This document shows, in pieces, positions 25,257 to 36,761 of a DNA stretch of 64,000 bases. The stretch is from Escherichia coli. Its GTDB lineage: Bacteria > Pseudomonadota > Gammaproteobacteria > Enterobacterales > Enterobacteriaceae. Within the stretch, counting starts at the first letter, position 1. Each line of letters begins with the position of its first letter. Below the pieces are notes generated by a model. It had not been told where the DNA came from, searched no databases, and saw nothing but the letters and a program-made list of their open reading frames with translations. The stretch lies in assembly GCF_046105845.1 (NCBI RefSeq), contig NZ_CP151004.1, one strand, 5' to 3'. The translations under genes and the position numbers were made by a program.

Positions 25257-26063
25257 ATGCAAACGTGGTTAAATTTGCAGGATAAAATCATTATCGTCAC
25301 CGGCGGCGCATCCGGTATTGGTCTGGCGATTGTAGAGGAATTATTAGCACAAGGCGCAAACGTACAGATGGTCGATATTCACGGTGGCGATGGTCAATAT
25401 GAAGGTCATAAAGGCTATCAGTTTTGGCCGACCGATATTTCCAGCGCCAAAGAGGTAAATCATACGGTAGCGGAAATTATCCAGCGTTTTGGTCGCATCG
25501 ACGGTCTGGTCAATAACGCCGGGGTCAATTTCCCGCGTCTGCTGATCGATGAGAAAGCGCCTGCCGGGCAGTATGAACTCAACGAAGCTGCATTCGAAAA
25601 AATGGTCAATATCAACCAGAAAGGCGTTTTTCTGATGTCGCAGGCGGTGGCGCGACAAATGGTCAAACAACATGATGGCGTGATTGTGAATGTTTCCTCA
25701 GAAAGTGGGCTGGAAGGCTCAGAAGGCCAAAGCTGTTACGCCGCGACCAAAGCCGCGCTCAATAGCTTCACGCGCTCCTGGTCGAAAGAGCTGGGTAAGC
25801 ACGGTATCCGTGTGGTCGGTATCGCGCCAGGGATTCTGGAAAAAACAGGACTGCGCACGCCGGAATATGAAGAAGCGCTGGCGTGGACGCGCAATATCAC
25901 CGTCGAGCAGCTGCGTGAAGGCTATACCAAAAATTCCATTCCTATTGGGCGCGCCGGAAGATTAGCAGAAGTGGCTGATTTTGTTTGTTATCTGCTGTCT
26001 GAACGCGCCAGCTATATCACCGGAGTAACCACTAACATTGCAGGCGGCAAAACGCGCGGCTAA
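25257..26063 (+). CDS. sorD: Short-chain dehydrogenase (D-glucitol-6-phosphate dehydrogenase-like)
   Basis: 268-aa SDR with TGGASGIG NAD-binding motif and Y-x3-K (YAATK). Confidence 0.8.
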   Translation: MQTWLNLQDKIIIVTGGASGIGLAIVEELLAQGANVQMVDIHGGDGQYEGHKGYQFWPTDISSAKEVNHTVAEIIQRFGRIDGLVNNAGVNFPRLLIDEKAPAGQYELNEAAFEKMVNINQKGVFLMSQAVARQMVKQHDGVIVNVSSESGLEGSEGQSCYAATKAALNSFTRSWSKELGKHGIRVVGIAPGILEKTGLRTPEYEEALAWTRNITVEQLREGYTKNSIPIGRAGRLAEVADFVCYLLSERASYITGVTTNIAGGKTRG

Positions 26064-26072
26064 GGAGGCTTT

Positions 26073-26480
26073 ATGGTCAATGCCATTTTTTGTGCCCACG
26101 GCAAATTAGCTTGCGCCATGCTGGAATCGGTTCAGATGGTTTACGGCAACGCCAATGTTGAAGCCGTTGAATTTGTACCCGGTGAGAACGCCAATGACAT
26201 TGTGGCAAAGCTGGAAAAGTTAGTGAGCATTCACAATCAAGACGAATGGCTGATTGCCGTGGATTTACAGTGCGGCAGCCCGTGGAATGCGGCAGCGATG
26301 CTTGCGATGCGCAATCCTCGTCTGCGGGTAATCAGCGGCCTTTCTCTGCCGCTGGCGCTCGAACTGGTTGATAACCAGGACAGCATGAATGTTGATGAAC
26401 TGTGTGAACACCTGACGCAAATCGCAAAGCAATCCTGCGTCGTCTGGAGACAGGTGGCAACGGCAGAGGAGGATTTCTGA
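26073..26480 (+). CDS. sorF: PTS mannose-family EIIA component (sorbose)
   Basis: 135 aa; EIIA-Man fold signature with His near the N-terminus (FCAHGKLA). Confidence 0.8.
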   Translation: MVNAIFCAHGKLACAMLESVQMVYGNANVEAVEFVPGENANDIVAKLEKLVSIHNQDEWLIAVDLQCGSPWNAAAMLAMRNPRLRVISGLSLPLALELVDNQDSMNVDELCEHLTQIAKQSCVVWRQVATAEEDF

Positions 26481-26974
26481 TGAACATTACGCTCGCCCGC
26501 ATTGATGACCGCCTGATCCACGGTCAGGTCACTACCGTCTGGTCGAAAGTGGCTAACGCCCAGCGCATTATTATCTGCAATGACGAAGTTTATAACGATG
26601 AAGTTCGCCGGACATTATTGCGTCAGGCTGCGCCACCGGGAATGAAGGTTAACGTGGTCAATATTGAAAAAGCCGTCGCGGTTTATCACAACCCGCAATA
26701 TCAGGACGAAACCGTTTTTTATCTTTTCACTCGCCCACAGGATGCCTTAGCGATGGTTCGCCAGGGGGTAAAAATAGGCACCCTGAATATTGGCGGCATG
26801 GCCTGGCGGCCCGGTAAAAAACAGTTAACCAAAGCGGTTTCATTAGATGATGATGATATTAACGCATTTCATGAGTTAAATAATCTTGGCGTCATACTGG
26901 ATTTACGCGTCGTAGCGTCAGATCCCTCAATCAATATTATCGACAAAATAAACGAACAGTTAATCGCAAATTAA
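26480..26974 (+). CDS. sorB: PTS mannose-family EIIB component (sorbose)
   Basis: 164 aa; RIDDRLIHGQV phospho-His motif; ATG overlaps the sorF stop (TGATG). Confidence 0.8.
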   Translation: MNITLARIDDRLIHGQVTTVWSKVANAQRIIICNDEVYNDEVRRTLLRQAAPPGMKVNVVNIEKAVAVYHNPQYQDETVFYLFTRPQDALAMVRQGVKIGTLNIGGMAWRPGKKQLTKAVSLDDDDINAFHELNNLGVILDLRVVASDPSINIIDKINEQLIAN

Positions 26975-27039
26975 ATAATAGCGCCTGTGTACATATGCTT
27001 TAACAGGCAGGGATGACGACACTTAAAAGGTGACAAATC

Positions 27040-27837
27040 ATGGAAATAAGTACCCTACAAATTATTGCTATATTTCTTTTTTCCTGTATTGCCGGAATGG
27101 GCAGCGTGCTGGATGAATTTCAGACTCATCGCCCGTTAATTGCCTGTACGGTGATTGGTTTAATTCTCGGTGATTTAAAAACCGGAATTATGCTCGGTGG
27201 TACGCTGGAATTGATAGCTCTCGGCTGGATGAACGTCGGCGCGGCGCAATCTCCGGATTCCGCGCTCGCCAGCATTATCTCCGCCATTCTGGTTATCGTT
27301 GGTCAGCAAAGCATCGCCACCGGTATCGCCATCGCGTTGCCTGTGGCTGCTGCAGGCCAGGTACTGACGGTGTTTGCCCGCACCATCACCGTAGTGTTCC
27401 AGCACGCGGCGGATAAAGCAGCGGAAGAGGCGCGGTTTCGCACTCTCGATATTCTGCATGTCTCCGCGCTTGGCGTGCAGGCGCTGCGCGTTGCTATTCC
27501 GGCACTGATTGTCTCGCTGTTCGTCAGCGCCGATATGGTCAGCAATATGTTAAACGCCATTCCCGAATTTGTGACCCGAGGACTACAGATTGCTGGCGGT
27601 TTTATCGTGGTGGTCGGTTACGCCATGGTGCTACGTATGATGGGTGTGAAATATTTGATGCCTTTCTTTTTCCTCGGTTTCCTCGCAGGTGGCTACCTCG
27701 ATCTCAGTCTGCTGGCGTTCGGTGGCGTCGGCGTGATCATGGCCCTGGTCTACATCCAGCTAAATCCACAGTGGCGTAAAGCTGAACCTCAACTCCAGGC
27801 CACCGCCTCCACCGCCCTTGACCAACTTGACGATTAA
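27040..27837 (+). CDS. sorA: PTS mannose-family EIIC component (sorbose)
   Basis: 265-aa polytopic membrane protein in EIIC position. Confidence 0.8.
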   Translation: MEISTLQIIAIFLFSCIAGMGSVLDEFQTHRPLIACTVIGLILGDLKTGIMLGGTLELIALGWMNVGAAQSPDSALASIISAILVIVGQQSIATGIAIALPVAAAGQVLTVFARTITVVFQHAADKAAEEARFRTLDILHVSALGVQALRVAIPALIVSLFVSADMVSNMLNAIPEFVTRGLQIAGGFIVVVGYAMVLRMMGVKYLMPFFFLGFLAGGYLDLSLLAFGGVGVIMALVYIQLNPQWRKAEPQLQATASTALDQLDD

Positions 27838-27847
27838 CGGAGCCATC

Positions 27848-28672
27848 ATGGAACAGAGAAAAATTACACGCAGCGATCTGGTGAGCATGTTTCTGCGCTC
27901 CAACCTGCAACAGGCGTCCTTTAACTTTGAACGTATTCACGGGCTGGGTTTTTGCTACGACATGATCCCCGCCATCAAGCGACTTTACCCAGTAAAAGAG
28001 GATCAGGTTGCGGCACTCAGGCGACACCTGGTGTTCTTCAATACCACGCCAGCCGTATGTGGCCCGGTCATCGGCGTCACTGCCGCCATGGAAGAGGCGC
28101 GGGCCAACGGCGCGGAAATTGATGACGGTACCATTAACGGCATCAAAGTCGGTCTGATGGGACCATTGGCAGGAGTTGGCGATCCACTGGTCTGGGGAAC
28201 GCTGCGCCCGATTACCGCCGCGCTCGGCGCATCTCTGGCACTTTCGGGCAACATTCTCGGCCCGCTGCTGTTTTTCTTTATTTTCAACGCGGTGCGTCTG
28301 GCGATGAAGTGGTATGGCCTACAACTCGGCTTTCGCAAAGGGGTGAATATCGTCAGCGATATGGGCGGGAATGTGCTGCAAAAACTCACCGAAGGCGCGT
28401 CGATTCTCGGACTGTTTGTGATGGGCGTGCTGGTCACCAAATGGACGTCAATCAACGTACCGTTGGTGGTTTCACAAACGCATGCCGCCGATGGCTCCAC
28501 CGTCACCATGACCGTGCAGAACATTCTCGACCAACTTTGCCCTGGTTTGCTGGCGCTCGGTCTGACGCTACTGATGGTTCGTCTGCTCAACAAAAAAATT
28601 AACCCGGTATGGCTGATTTTCGCCCTGTTTGGCTTAGGGATTATCGGCAATGCGCTGGGCTTCCTGTCCTGA
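27848..28672 (+). CDS. sorM: PTS mannose-family EIID component (sorbose)
   Basis: Start at MEQRKITRSDL with GGAG Shine-Dalgarno (274 aa); EIID-like membrane protein. Confidence 0.8.
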   Translation: MEQRKITRSDLVSMFLRSNLQQASFNFERIHGLGFCYDMIPAIKRLYPVKEDQVAALRRHLVFFNTTPAVCGPVIGVTAAMEEARANGAEIDDGTINGIKVGLMGPLAGVGDPLVWGTLRPITAALGASLALSGNILGPLLFFFIFNAVRLAMKWYGLQLGFRKGVNIVSDMGGNVLQKLTEGASILGLFVMGVLVTKWTSINVPLVVSQTHAADGSTVTMTVQNILDQLCPGLLALGLTLLMVRLLNKKINPVWLIFALFGLGIIGNALGFLS

Positions 28673-28723
28673 TTCTTCGCCCCGGCACGACTGCCGGGGC
28701 CATCGCTCAACATGAGGTGGTTT

Positions 28724-29953
28724 ATGAAAACAACAGCTCTGCGTCTTTATGGTAAACGTGATTTACGCCTGGAAACCTTTGATCTTCCTGAAATGCAGGA
28801 GGATGAAATCCTCGCGACGGTGGTCACCGACAGCCTGTGCCTCTCTTCCTGGAAAGAGGCCAATCTGGGTGAAAACCATAAAAAAGTACCCGACGATGTG
28901 GCGACCAACCCCATCATCATCGGCCACGAGTTTTGCGGCGATATTCTGGCCGTGGGTAAAAAGTGGCAGCACAAATTCCAGCCGGGCCAGCGCTATGTGA
29001 TTCAGGCCAACCTGCAATTGCCGGATCGCCCGGATTGCCCCGGCTACTCCTTCCCGTGGGTGGGCGGTGAGGCCACACATGTGGTTATCCCAAATGAGGT
29101 TATGGAACAAGATTGCCTGCTGGCATACGACGGCGAAACCTATTTTGAAGGCTCGCTGGTTGAACCGCTTTCCTGCGTGATTGGCGCGTTCAACGCCAAC
29201 TATCATCTTCAGGAAGGTAGTTATAACCACACGATGGGGATTCGCCCGCAAGGGCGCACGCTGATCCTCGGCGGCACCGGACCAATGGGACTGTTGGCGA
29301 TTGATTATGCGCTGCATGGACCCGTTAACCCGTCGCTGCTCGTCATTACCGATACCGACAACGATAAATTGAGTTATGCGCGCAAGCACTATCCATCAGA
29401 ATCGCAAACACTGATTCATTATCTCAATGCCACTGATGCAGCATTTGATACGTTAATGGCGCTGAGTGGCGGTCACGGCTTCGATGATATTTTCGTCTTT
29501 GTGCCTAATGAAGGACTGGTGACTCTCGCCTCTTCCTTGCTGGCGACAGATGGTTGCCTGAATTTCTTCGCCGGACCGCAGGATAAACATTTCAGCGCGC
29601 CAATTAATTTCTACGATGTGCATTATGCATTTACCCACTACGTGGGCACGTCAGGCGGCAATACCGACGACATGCGCGCAGCGGTCAAATTGATTGAAGA
29701 GAAAAAAGTGCAGGCCGCAAAAGTGGTAACACATATTCTTGGGCTGAATGCCGCGGGCGAAACCACGCTTGAATTGCCTGCCGTCGGCGGCGGCAAAAAG
29801 CTGGTGTATACCGGGAAATACCTGCCGCTTATGTCACTCACGCAGATTCAGGATCAAGCACTGGCGGCAATTCTGGCGCGTCATCAGGGGATCTGGTCCG
29901 GTGAGGCGGAGCAATATCTGCTCACTCATGCAGAGGCAATTTCCCATGATTAA
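28724..29953 (+). CDS. sorE: Zn-dependent medium-chain dehydrogenase (L-sorbose-1-phosphate reductase-like)
   Basis: Start at MKTTALRLYGK with GAGG Shine-Dalgarno; GHEFCGDI zinc-ADH motif and GGTGPMG Rossmann motif. Confidence 0.8.
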   Translation: MKTTALRLYGKRDLRLETFDLPEMQEDEILATVVTDSLCLSSWKEANLGENHKKVPDDVATNPIIIGHEFCGDILAVGKKWQHKFQPGQRYVIQANLQLPDRPDCPGYSFPWVGGEATHVVIPNEVMEQDCLLAYDGETYFEGSLVEPLSCVIGAFNANYHLQEGSYNHTMGIRPQGRTLILGGTGPMGLLAIDYALHGPVNPSLLVITDTDNDKLSYARKHYPSESQTLIHYLNATDAAFDTLMALSGGHGFDDIFVFVPNEGLVTLASSLLATDGCLNFFAGPQDKHFSAPINFYDVHYAFTHYVGTSGGNTDDMRAAVKLIEEKKVQAAKVVTHILGLNAAGETTLELPAVGGGKKLVYTGKYLPLMSLTQIQDQALAAILARHQGIWSGEAEQYLLTHAEAISHD

Positions 29954-30113
29954 TCGCGCTACTTAACTCTGCATGTCGCTGGCTGGTCGCCGCGGCAACT
30001 TCGCGACCTGATGTGCGGCTGATTGCTGAAGCGGCCCAATGTACACGAGAAGGATAAAAAAACATCAGCGCCTTAAGGGGCGCTCAAATTGGTGGCAAAG
30101 TACACATTGTTTA

Positions 30114-30218
30114 TGCCGGATGCGGAATGAAGCCTTATTCGGCATACATAATCTCGAAAATTCAATATATTGCAGTTATCTGGTAGGACTGGTAAGCGTA
30201 GCGCATCAGGCAATGCTG
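30114..30218. repeat. REP/BIME pair at the right edge of the sor block
   Basis: tgccggatgcggaatgaagccttattcggcatac and ggtaagcgtagcgcatcaggcaatgc. Confidence 0.6.
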
Positions 30219-30335
30219 TGTTTGTCATCAGTCTCAGCGCCCGGTGCAATACGTGACATCGTGAGCCATGTCAGTAAGTGGTTAAATTCGCAGTGGTAGC
30301 ATGCCTTCCGTGATTTCTTACTAACCGGAGAAGTA

Positions 30336-31025
30336 ATGGAACTGCTTTTATTGAGTAACTCGACGCTGCCGGGTAAAGCCTGGCTGGAACATGCACTGCC
30401 GCTAATTGCTGAACAGTTGCAGGGTCGCCGCTCAGCGGTGTTTATCCCTTTCGCTGGCGTAACGCAGACCTGGGATGATTACACAGCGAAAACGGCTGCG
30501 GTTCTCGCTCCGCTGGGTGTTTCTGTCACCGGTATTCATAGCGTTGTCGATCCCGTTGCTGCGATTGAAAATGCTGAGATCGTGATTGTCGGCGGCGGTA
30601 ATACTTTCCAGTTGCTGAAACAGTGCCGCGAGCGCGGGCTGCTGGCACCAATTACTGACGTGATTAAACGTGGCGCGCTGTATATTGGCTGGAGCGCTGG
30701 CGCTAACCTTGCTTGCCCAACCATTCGTACCACCAACGATATGCCGATTGTCGATCCGCAAGGTTTCGATGCGCTGAATCTGTTCCCGTTGCAAATCAAC
30801 CCGCACTTCACCAACGCGCTGCCGGAAGGCCATAAAGGTGAAACCCGTGAACAGCGTATTCGCGAACTGCTGGTCGTCGCGCCAGAACTCACAATTATTG
30901 GTCTACCGGAAGGTAACTGGATCACAGTGAGTAAAGGTCACGCAACGCTGGGTGGCCCGAACACCACTTATGTGTTTAAGGCTGGTGAAGAAGCGGTGCC
31001 GCTGGAAGCGGGTCACCGTTTTTAA
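30336..31025 (+). CDS. pepE: Alpha-aspartyl dipeptidase (peptidase E)
   Basis: 229-aa [24 protein letters not shown]...; S51 peptidase with catalytic Ser in GWSAGAN. Confidence 0.9.
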   Translation: MELLLLSNSTLPGKAWLEHALPLIAEQLQGRRSAVFIPFAGVTQTWDDYTAKTAAVLAPLGVSVTGIHSVVDPVAAIENAEIVIVGGGNTFQLLKQCRERGLLAPITDVIKRGALYIGWSAGANLACPTIRTTNDMPIVDPQGFDALNLFPLQINPHFTNALPEGHKGETREQRIRELLVVAPELTIIGLPEGNWITVSKGHATLGGPNTTYVFKAGEEAVPLEAGHRF

Positions 31026-31069
31026 ATGAATTGCCGGGGGCAACGCCGCCCGGCATCCCGTGCACGGTA

Positions 31070-32701
31070 TTAATACTCGTCCCGTCCTTCATCTTCATCC
31101 GGCTGTTCCAGCACACTGTAAGCCACCGAACAAAACAGCGAGTTCAGACGCTGCATATCTCCCAGTAAGCCTAAATGTAGCGAACTGGTTTCAATGCTCT
31201 GCACGTTTTGCTGATGCAGGCGATCGACGTGGGCGTGGGAATAGCGGCGATTAAGAATGCGAAAACGATGCTTGCTGCGGCGCAAACGACGGGCGCTGGT
31301 AACATCGCCAGAGAAGAAAACCGACATTGCCAGTTTTAAATTACTGAGCAATTGCTCATAGAGCGCATCCAGTTCCTTCAAGCCATCAAGCGAAAATGCC
31401 CGCCGTGCAGCCAGCGATTTGTCGGCAATTTCACTACCCATGCGCTCGACGATATCGGAGGCCTGTTCAAGGTTTAGCGACATTTCGATGATCTCCGCCC
31501 AGCGGCGCGACTCTTCTTCTGCCAGTTCCTCTTTTGGCATTCGCGCCAGATAAAGTTTAATCGCGGTATAGAGCACGTTGATATCATCCGCCAGCTTGCG
31601 CAGCTCTTTCTCCTGCCGTGGCTCGCCGTGCATCACTTTATTCAACCCTTCCATCATCTGTTCCATGGCGTCGCCAATGCGCAGGGTTTCGCGCGCGGCG
31701 TTCGCCAGAGCAAGCGTGGGCGTATCCAGCGCGCTGACATCCAGATGTTTAGGCCGTAGCTGGGTATCCAGTTCCGGTTCATCGCGAATAATCGTTTTGC
31801 AAAACCGTGCCATCGGGTCAACAAATGGCAGCATGACCAGGCAACGTACAAGGTTGTAGAAGACGTGGAAATAGATCACCAGTTCCGCTTTTGGCAATGA
31901 CAACTTCCCCATTGTCTCTGCCAGCAAATGGACAAACGGCAGGATAATCAGGCTACCCACCAGCTTAAACAGCAGACTACCCAGCGCGACACGGCGGGCT
32001 GCGGCATTGGCGGCACTGTTGTTGAGCATCGCCAGCAGGCCGGAACCGAGGTTAGCACCAATCACCAGACAGAGCGCCACGGGGAAGGAGATAATGCCTG
32101 CAGCGGTCAGAGTCGCGGTCAGCAGTACAGCAGCAAGGCTGGAGTAGCTGATAATGGCGAACATCGCGCCAATCAGCGCATCCAGCAGAATATCGCCGGT
32201 CAGCGAGGCAAAGATCACCTGAACGCCGTTTGCCTGGGTGATCGGCGTTACGGCCTGCACAATCAACTCCAGCGCCAGTAAAATCAGCCCAAGACCAATA
32301 CCGACGCGGCCCAGTTGCCCGGCGCGTGACTGTTTGCGTCCGAGGAAAAAAATCACGCCGATAAAAATAAGTAATGGTGACAGCCAGGATAAGTCGAAGG
32401 TGAGAATACGCGCCATTAGCGCCGTCCCGACATCTGCACCCAGCACAATCACCAGAGCCGGTGCGAGGGCTACCAGATCCTGAGCGACGAACGAGGTCAC
32501 CAGCATGGTGGTGGCATTACTGCTCTGTACCAGTGCGGTAACGCCGATCCCCGCGCAAAAGGCGAGCGGCTTTTTTTCGACGCTCCGGCTAAGGACAGTA
32601 CGCAAACGCGCGCCGAAGACGCGCATTACGCCGGTTCGAACAATATGAGTCCCCCAGACCAGCAGGGCGACGGCAGAAAGCAGGTGAAGCAGCGTTAACA
32701 C
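31070..32701 (-). CDS. yjbB: Na+/phosphate cotransporter-family membrane protein
   Basis: 543-aa ORF; polytopic N-domain plus PhoU-like C-domain; convergent with pepE. Confidence 0.85.
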   Translation of the reverse strand: MLTLLHLLSAVALLVWGTHIVRTGVMRVFGARLRTVLSRSVEKKPLAFCAGIGVTALVQSSNATTMLVTSFVAQDLVALAPALVIVLGADVGTALMARILTFDLSWLSPLLIFIGVIFFLGRKQSRAGQLGRVGIGLGLILLALELIVQAVTPITQANGVQVIFASLTGDILLDALIGAMFAIISYSSLAAVLLTATLTAAGIISFPVALCLVIGANLGSGLLAMLNNSAANAAARRVALGSLLFKLVGSLIILPFVHLLAETMGKLSLPKAELVIYFHVFYNLVRCLVMLPFVDPMARFCKTIIRDEPELDTQLRPKHLDVSALDTPTLALANAARETLRIGDAMEQMMEGLNKVMHGEPRQEKELRKLADDINVLYTAIKLYLARMPKEELAEEESRRWAEIIEMSLNLEQASDIVERMGSEIADKSLAARRAFSLDGLKELDALYEQLLSNLKLAMSVFFSGDVTSARRLRRSKHRFRILNRRYSHAHVDRLHQQNVQSIETSSLHLGLLGDMQRLNSLFCSVAYSVLEQPDEDEGRDEY

Positions 32702-32920
32702 GAGTTCAGGTTCTCCTTATCGTTATATGTTCCTGAAGCAATTGAATGACCAAAGGACCGGAAACACGCTGACTGGCATCTTTACTGTGCCTTTTGACCT
32801 TCGTTTTTCCGGCTAAGATTATTCCAGCCTGATTCCAGTATAAGTGTTTCATATTAATAAAGAGACAGGGCACTCATTGAGCGCCCTGTTTGTTGTAAGG
32901 AAAAGTGACAGATTTGTGAA

Positions 32921-35900
32921 TCAGTCCGCGTCATACCCCAGATTCGGTGCCAGCCAGCGCTCAACATCTGAGACGCTCATACCTTTACGGCGGGCATAGT
33001 CTTCAACCTGATCGCGCTGGATTTGCGCCACCGCGTAATACTTGCTGTCCGGGTGGCTGAAGTACCAACCCGAAACCGATGCACCAGGCCACATGGCGAA
33101 AGATTCTGTGAGTTTCATGCCAGTGTGTTTTTCCACTTCCAGCAGCTCCCAGATGTTGGCTTTTTCCGTATGTTCCGGGCAGGCCGGGTAGCCCGGTGCC
33201 GGACGGATGCCCTGGTAGTTTTCGCGGATCAGTTCTTCGTTGCTGAGGTTCTCGTTCGGCGCATAGCCCCAGTAGACTTTACGCACACGCTCATGGAGAT
33301 ACTCCGCAAAGGCTTCGGCTAAACGATCAGCAAGGGCTTTCACCATGATTTTGTTGTAATCATCGTGCTGCGCTTCAAAGGCATCAGCCAGTGCGTCCTC
33401 TTCCAGCCCGCCAGTCACGGCAAATGCGCCGATGTAATCTGCTTTACCAGAAAGCTTCGGCGCAACGAAGTCAGCGAGACAGTAGTTAGCGAATCCCGTT
33501 TTTTCGGTCTGTTGACGCAGATGGTGGCTGACGTTGATCACATGGGTGCGCGTTTCGTCACGGTAGATTTCAATGTCATCGCCCACACGGTTTGCCGGGA
33601 ACAGCCCCACCACGCCACGCGGATTCAGCGTTTTTTCGGCGCTTAATTTATCCAGCATGTCATTGGCGTCTTTAAACAGACGCTGCGCCTCAACGCCCAC
33701 CACTTCATCTTCCAGAATGCGCGGATACTTCCCGGCCAGCGACCAGGTCATAAAGAACGGTGTCCAGTCGATGTAATTACGCAGCGTTTCGATGCTGGCT
33801 TCGACTTCCTGCACGCCGAGACGGTGCGCCACCGGCGGCGTGTAAGCCTGCCAGTCAAAAGCGAAATCGTTATCGCGCGCCGCTTCCAGCGTGACCGGTG
33901 GTGTGCGTGGTTTCTTGCGCCCGTGCTGAATACGCACGGTTTCGTACTCCTTGCGGGTACGAGCGACAAAATCATCACGCTGAGTATCGGAAAGCAGCGC
34001 CGCCACCACACCAACGGTGCGCGATGCGTTCTGTACATACACCGTCGGGCCGCTGTAGTTCTGCTCAATTTTCACCGCCGTGTGCGCTTTTGAGGTGGTC
34101 GCGCCGCCAATCAGTAACGGAATGGTGAAGCCCTGACGCTCCATCTCTTTCGCCACGTTAACCATCTCGTCCAGCGACGGCGTGATAAGCCCCGAAAGTC
34201 CAATCAGATCAGCATTCACTTCTTTAGCGGTACGGAGAATTTTTTCCGCAGGCACCATCACGCCGAGATCAACAATTTCGTAGTTGTTACATTGCAGCAC
34301 CACGCCAACGATATTTTTACCGATATCGTGGACGTCGCCCTTCACTGTAGCGATCACCATCTTGCCGTTGGTTTTGCCCTGCTCTTTGCTGGCTTCAATA
34401 AACGGTTCGAGATACGCCACCGCCTGTTTCATGACGCGCGCCGATTTCACCACCTGCGGCAGGAACATTTTGCCTTCGCCAAACAGATCGCCGACCACGT
34501 TCATACCGTCCATCAACGGGCCTTCAATCACTTCAATCGGGCGCGTAGCCTGCTGGCGTGCTTCTTCGGTATCCTGCTCGATAAACTCGGTAATGCCTTT
34601 GACCAGCGAGTATTCCAGACGTTTATTCACTTCCCACGAGCGCCACTCCGCCTGCTGGGCGTTAGCGGTGTCGTCGGTTTTGCTGCCGCGATATTTCTCG
34701 GCAAGCTCCAGTAAACGCTCAGTGCCATCGTCGCGACGGTTAAGAATCACATCTTCCACCGCGTCGCGCAGTTCAGCGGGTAGGTCGTCGTAAATCGCCA
34801 GTTGCCCGGCGTTGACGATCCCCATATCCATGCCATTGCGAATAGCGTAGTAGAGGAACACCGCGTGAATGGCTTCGCGCACCGGATCGTTACCACGGAA
34901 TGAGAAAGAAACGTTAGATACGCCGCCGGAGATCAGCGCGTGCGGCAGCTCACGTTTGATGTCTTCACACGCGCCAATAAAGTCCTGCGCATAGTTGTTG
35001 TGCTCTTCAATGCCGGTGGCGACCGCGAAGATGTTCGGGTCGAAGATGATATCTTCTGGCGGGAAGCCAACCTCTTCGGTGAGGATTTTGTACGCCCGAC
35101 GGCAAATCTCGATTTTCCGTGCGCGGGTATCGGCCTGCCCCTGTTCGTCAAAGGCCATTACCACCACTGCCGCACCGTAACGACGCAACAATTTCGCGTG
35201 ATGGATAAAAGCGTCGACGCCTTCTTTCATCGAAATAGAGTTAACAATGCCTTTGCCCTGGATACACTTCAGACCTTTTTCAATGACATCCCATTTTGAG
35301 GAGTCGATCATAATCGGCACGCGAGCGATATCCGGTTCACCGGCAATCAGATTGAGAAAACGCACCATCGCCGCTTCGGCATCGAGCATCCCTTCATCCA
35401 TGTTGATATCGATAATCTGCGCGCCGTTTTCCACCTGCTGGCGGGCCACATCCAGTGCCTCGCTGTATTTCTCTTCTTTGATCAGGCGCTTGAACTTAGC
35501 GGAACCGGTGACGTTGGTGCGTTCACCCACGTTCACAAACAGGCTATCTTCGCCAATGTTCAGCGGCTCCAGGCCGGACAAACGGCAGGCTACGGGGATT
35601 TCCGGCAGTTTGCGCGGCGCTAATCCTTCTACTGCACGACTCATCGCGGCAATATGTTGTGGCGTGGTGCCACAGCAGCCGCCGACGATATTGAGAAAGC
35701 CCGCTTGCGCCCATTCACGTATCTGTTTTGCCATCGTGTCGGCGTCGAGATCGTACTCACCAAAGGCGTTGGGTAGCCCGGCGTTCGGGTGCGCTGTGAC
35801 GTAGCATTCCGCAATCCGTGATAATTCCTGCACGTACTGGCGCAGTTCGTCTGGCCCCAGCGCACAGTTAAGGCCGAAAGTCAGCGCTTCGGCGTGGCGC

Positions 35901-36604
35901 AGAGAGTTATAAAACGCTTCGGTGGTCTGCCCGGAGAGCGTGCGCCCGGAGGCGTCGGTGATGGTGCCGGAGATCATAATCGGCAGCTCAACGCCCAGCG
36001 CTTCAAACTCCGTTTTCACCGCAAAGACCGCCGCTTTGGCGTTAAGGGTGTCGAAAACGGTTTCAATCAGGATCAGATCCGCACCACCTTCCACCAGCGC
36101 TTTGGTGGATTCGCGATAGGCCGCCACCAGCTGGTCAAAAGTGATGTTGCGGAATGCCGGATCGTTTACGTCCGGAGAAATAGACGCCGTGCGGTTGGTC
36201 GGGCCGAGAACACCGGCAACGTAGCGCGGTTTCTCCGGCGTGCGCGCGGTCCACTCATCAGCACAGGCGCGCGCCAGTTTCGCCGCCGCAAAGTTGATTT
36301 CCGCCGACAGGGATTCCATCTGGTAATCCGCCATCGCAATGGTTGTGGAGTTGAAGGTGTTGGTTTCGATGATATCCGCGCCCGCTTCAAAGTAGGCGTT
36401 GTGGATAGCGGCGATCACTTCCGGTTTACTGAGTACCAGCAGGTCGTTGTTGCCTTTGAGGTCGCATGGCCAGTTGGCAAAGCGTTCACCACGAAAATCG
36501 GCTTCGTTCAGTCGATAGCTCTGGATCATGGTGCCCATACCGCCGTCCAGCACCAGAATACGTTCATTTAACTGCGCACGCAGTTGTTCCACTTTGCTGC
36601 TCAC
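32921..36604 (-). CDS. metH: Cobalamin-dependent methionine synthase
   Basis: 1227 aa from a probable GTG start (V)[24 protein letters not shown]; B12-binding DxHxxG motif (GDVHDIGKN). Confidence 0.95.
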   Translation of the reverse strand: MSSKVEQLRAQLNERILVLDGGMGTMIQSYRLNEADFRGERFANWPCDLKGNNDLLVLSKPEVIAAIHNAYFEAGADIIETNTFNSTTIAMADYQMESLSAEINFAAAKLARACADEWTARTPEKPRYVAGVLGPTNRTASISPDVNDPAFRNITFDQLVAAYRESTKALVEGGADLILIETVFDTLNAKAAVFAVKTEFEALGVELPIMISGTITDASGRTLSGQTTEAFYNSLRHAEALTFGLNCALGPDELRQYVQELSRIAECYVTAHPNAGLPNAFGEYDLDADTMAKQIREWAQAGFLNIVGGCCGTTPQHIAAMSRAVEGLAPRKLPEIPVACRLSGLEPLNIGEDSLFVNVGERTNVTGSAKFKRLIKEEKYSEALDVARQQVENGAQIIDINMDEGMLDAEAAMVRFLNLIAGEPDIARVPIMIDSSKWDVIEKGLKCIQGKGIVNSISMKEGVDAFIHHAKLLRRYGAAVVVMAFDEQGQADTRARKIEICRRAYKILTEEVGFPPEDIIFDPNIFAVATGIEEHNNYAQDFIGACEDIKRELPHALISGGVSNVSFSFRGNDPVREAIHAVFLYYAIRNGMDMGIVNAGQLAIYDDLPAELRDAVEDVILNRRDDGTERLLELAEKYRGSKTDDTANAQQAEWRSWEVNKRLEYSLVKGITEFIEQDTEEARQQATRPIEVIEGPLMDGMNVVGDLFGEGKMFLPQVVKSARVMKQAVAYLEPFIEASKEQGKTNGKMVIATVKGDVHDIGKNIVGVVLQCNNYEIVDLGVMVPAEKILRTAKEVNADLIGLSGLITPSLDEMVNVAKEMERQGFTIPLLIGGATTSKAHTAVKIEQNYSGPTVYVQNASRTVGVVAALLSDTQRDDFVARTRKEYETVRIQHGRKKPRTPPVTLEAARDNDFAFDWQAYTPPVAHRLGVQEVEASIETLRNYIDWTPFFMTWSLAGKYPRILEDEVVGVEAQRLFKDANDMLDKLSAEKTLNPRGVVGLFPANRVGDDIEIYRDETRTHVINVSHHLRQQTEKTGFANYCLADFVAPKLSGKADYIGAFAVTGGLEEDALADAFEAQHDDYNKIMVKALADRLAEAFAEYLHERVRKVYWGYAPNENLSNEELIRENYQGIRPAPGYPACPEHTEKANIWELLEVEKHTGMKLTESFAMWPGASVSGWYFSHPDSKYYAVAQIQRDQVEDYARRKGMSVSDVERWLAPNLGYDAD

Positions 36605-36761
36605 ACTTGCTCCCGACACGCTCAACCCAGATTTAATAAAAATTCAACAAACCATACTGGCATAAACGCATCTGTGGTAAAAGCGACCACCACGCAACAT
36701 GAGATTTGTTCAACATTAACTCATCGGATCAGTTCAGCAACTATTGCATTAGCTAACAATA

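Noticed and set aside
23893-30335. sor operon as a candidate previously undescribed system
   Set aside because: Gene order and content match the classical, experimentally characterised L-sorbose PTS operon; kept as an accessory-region finding but not as novel.
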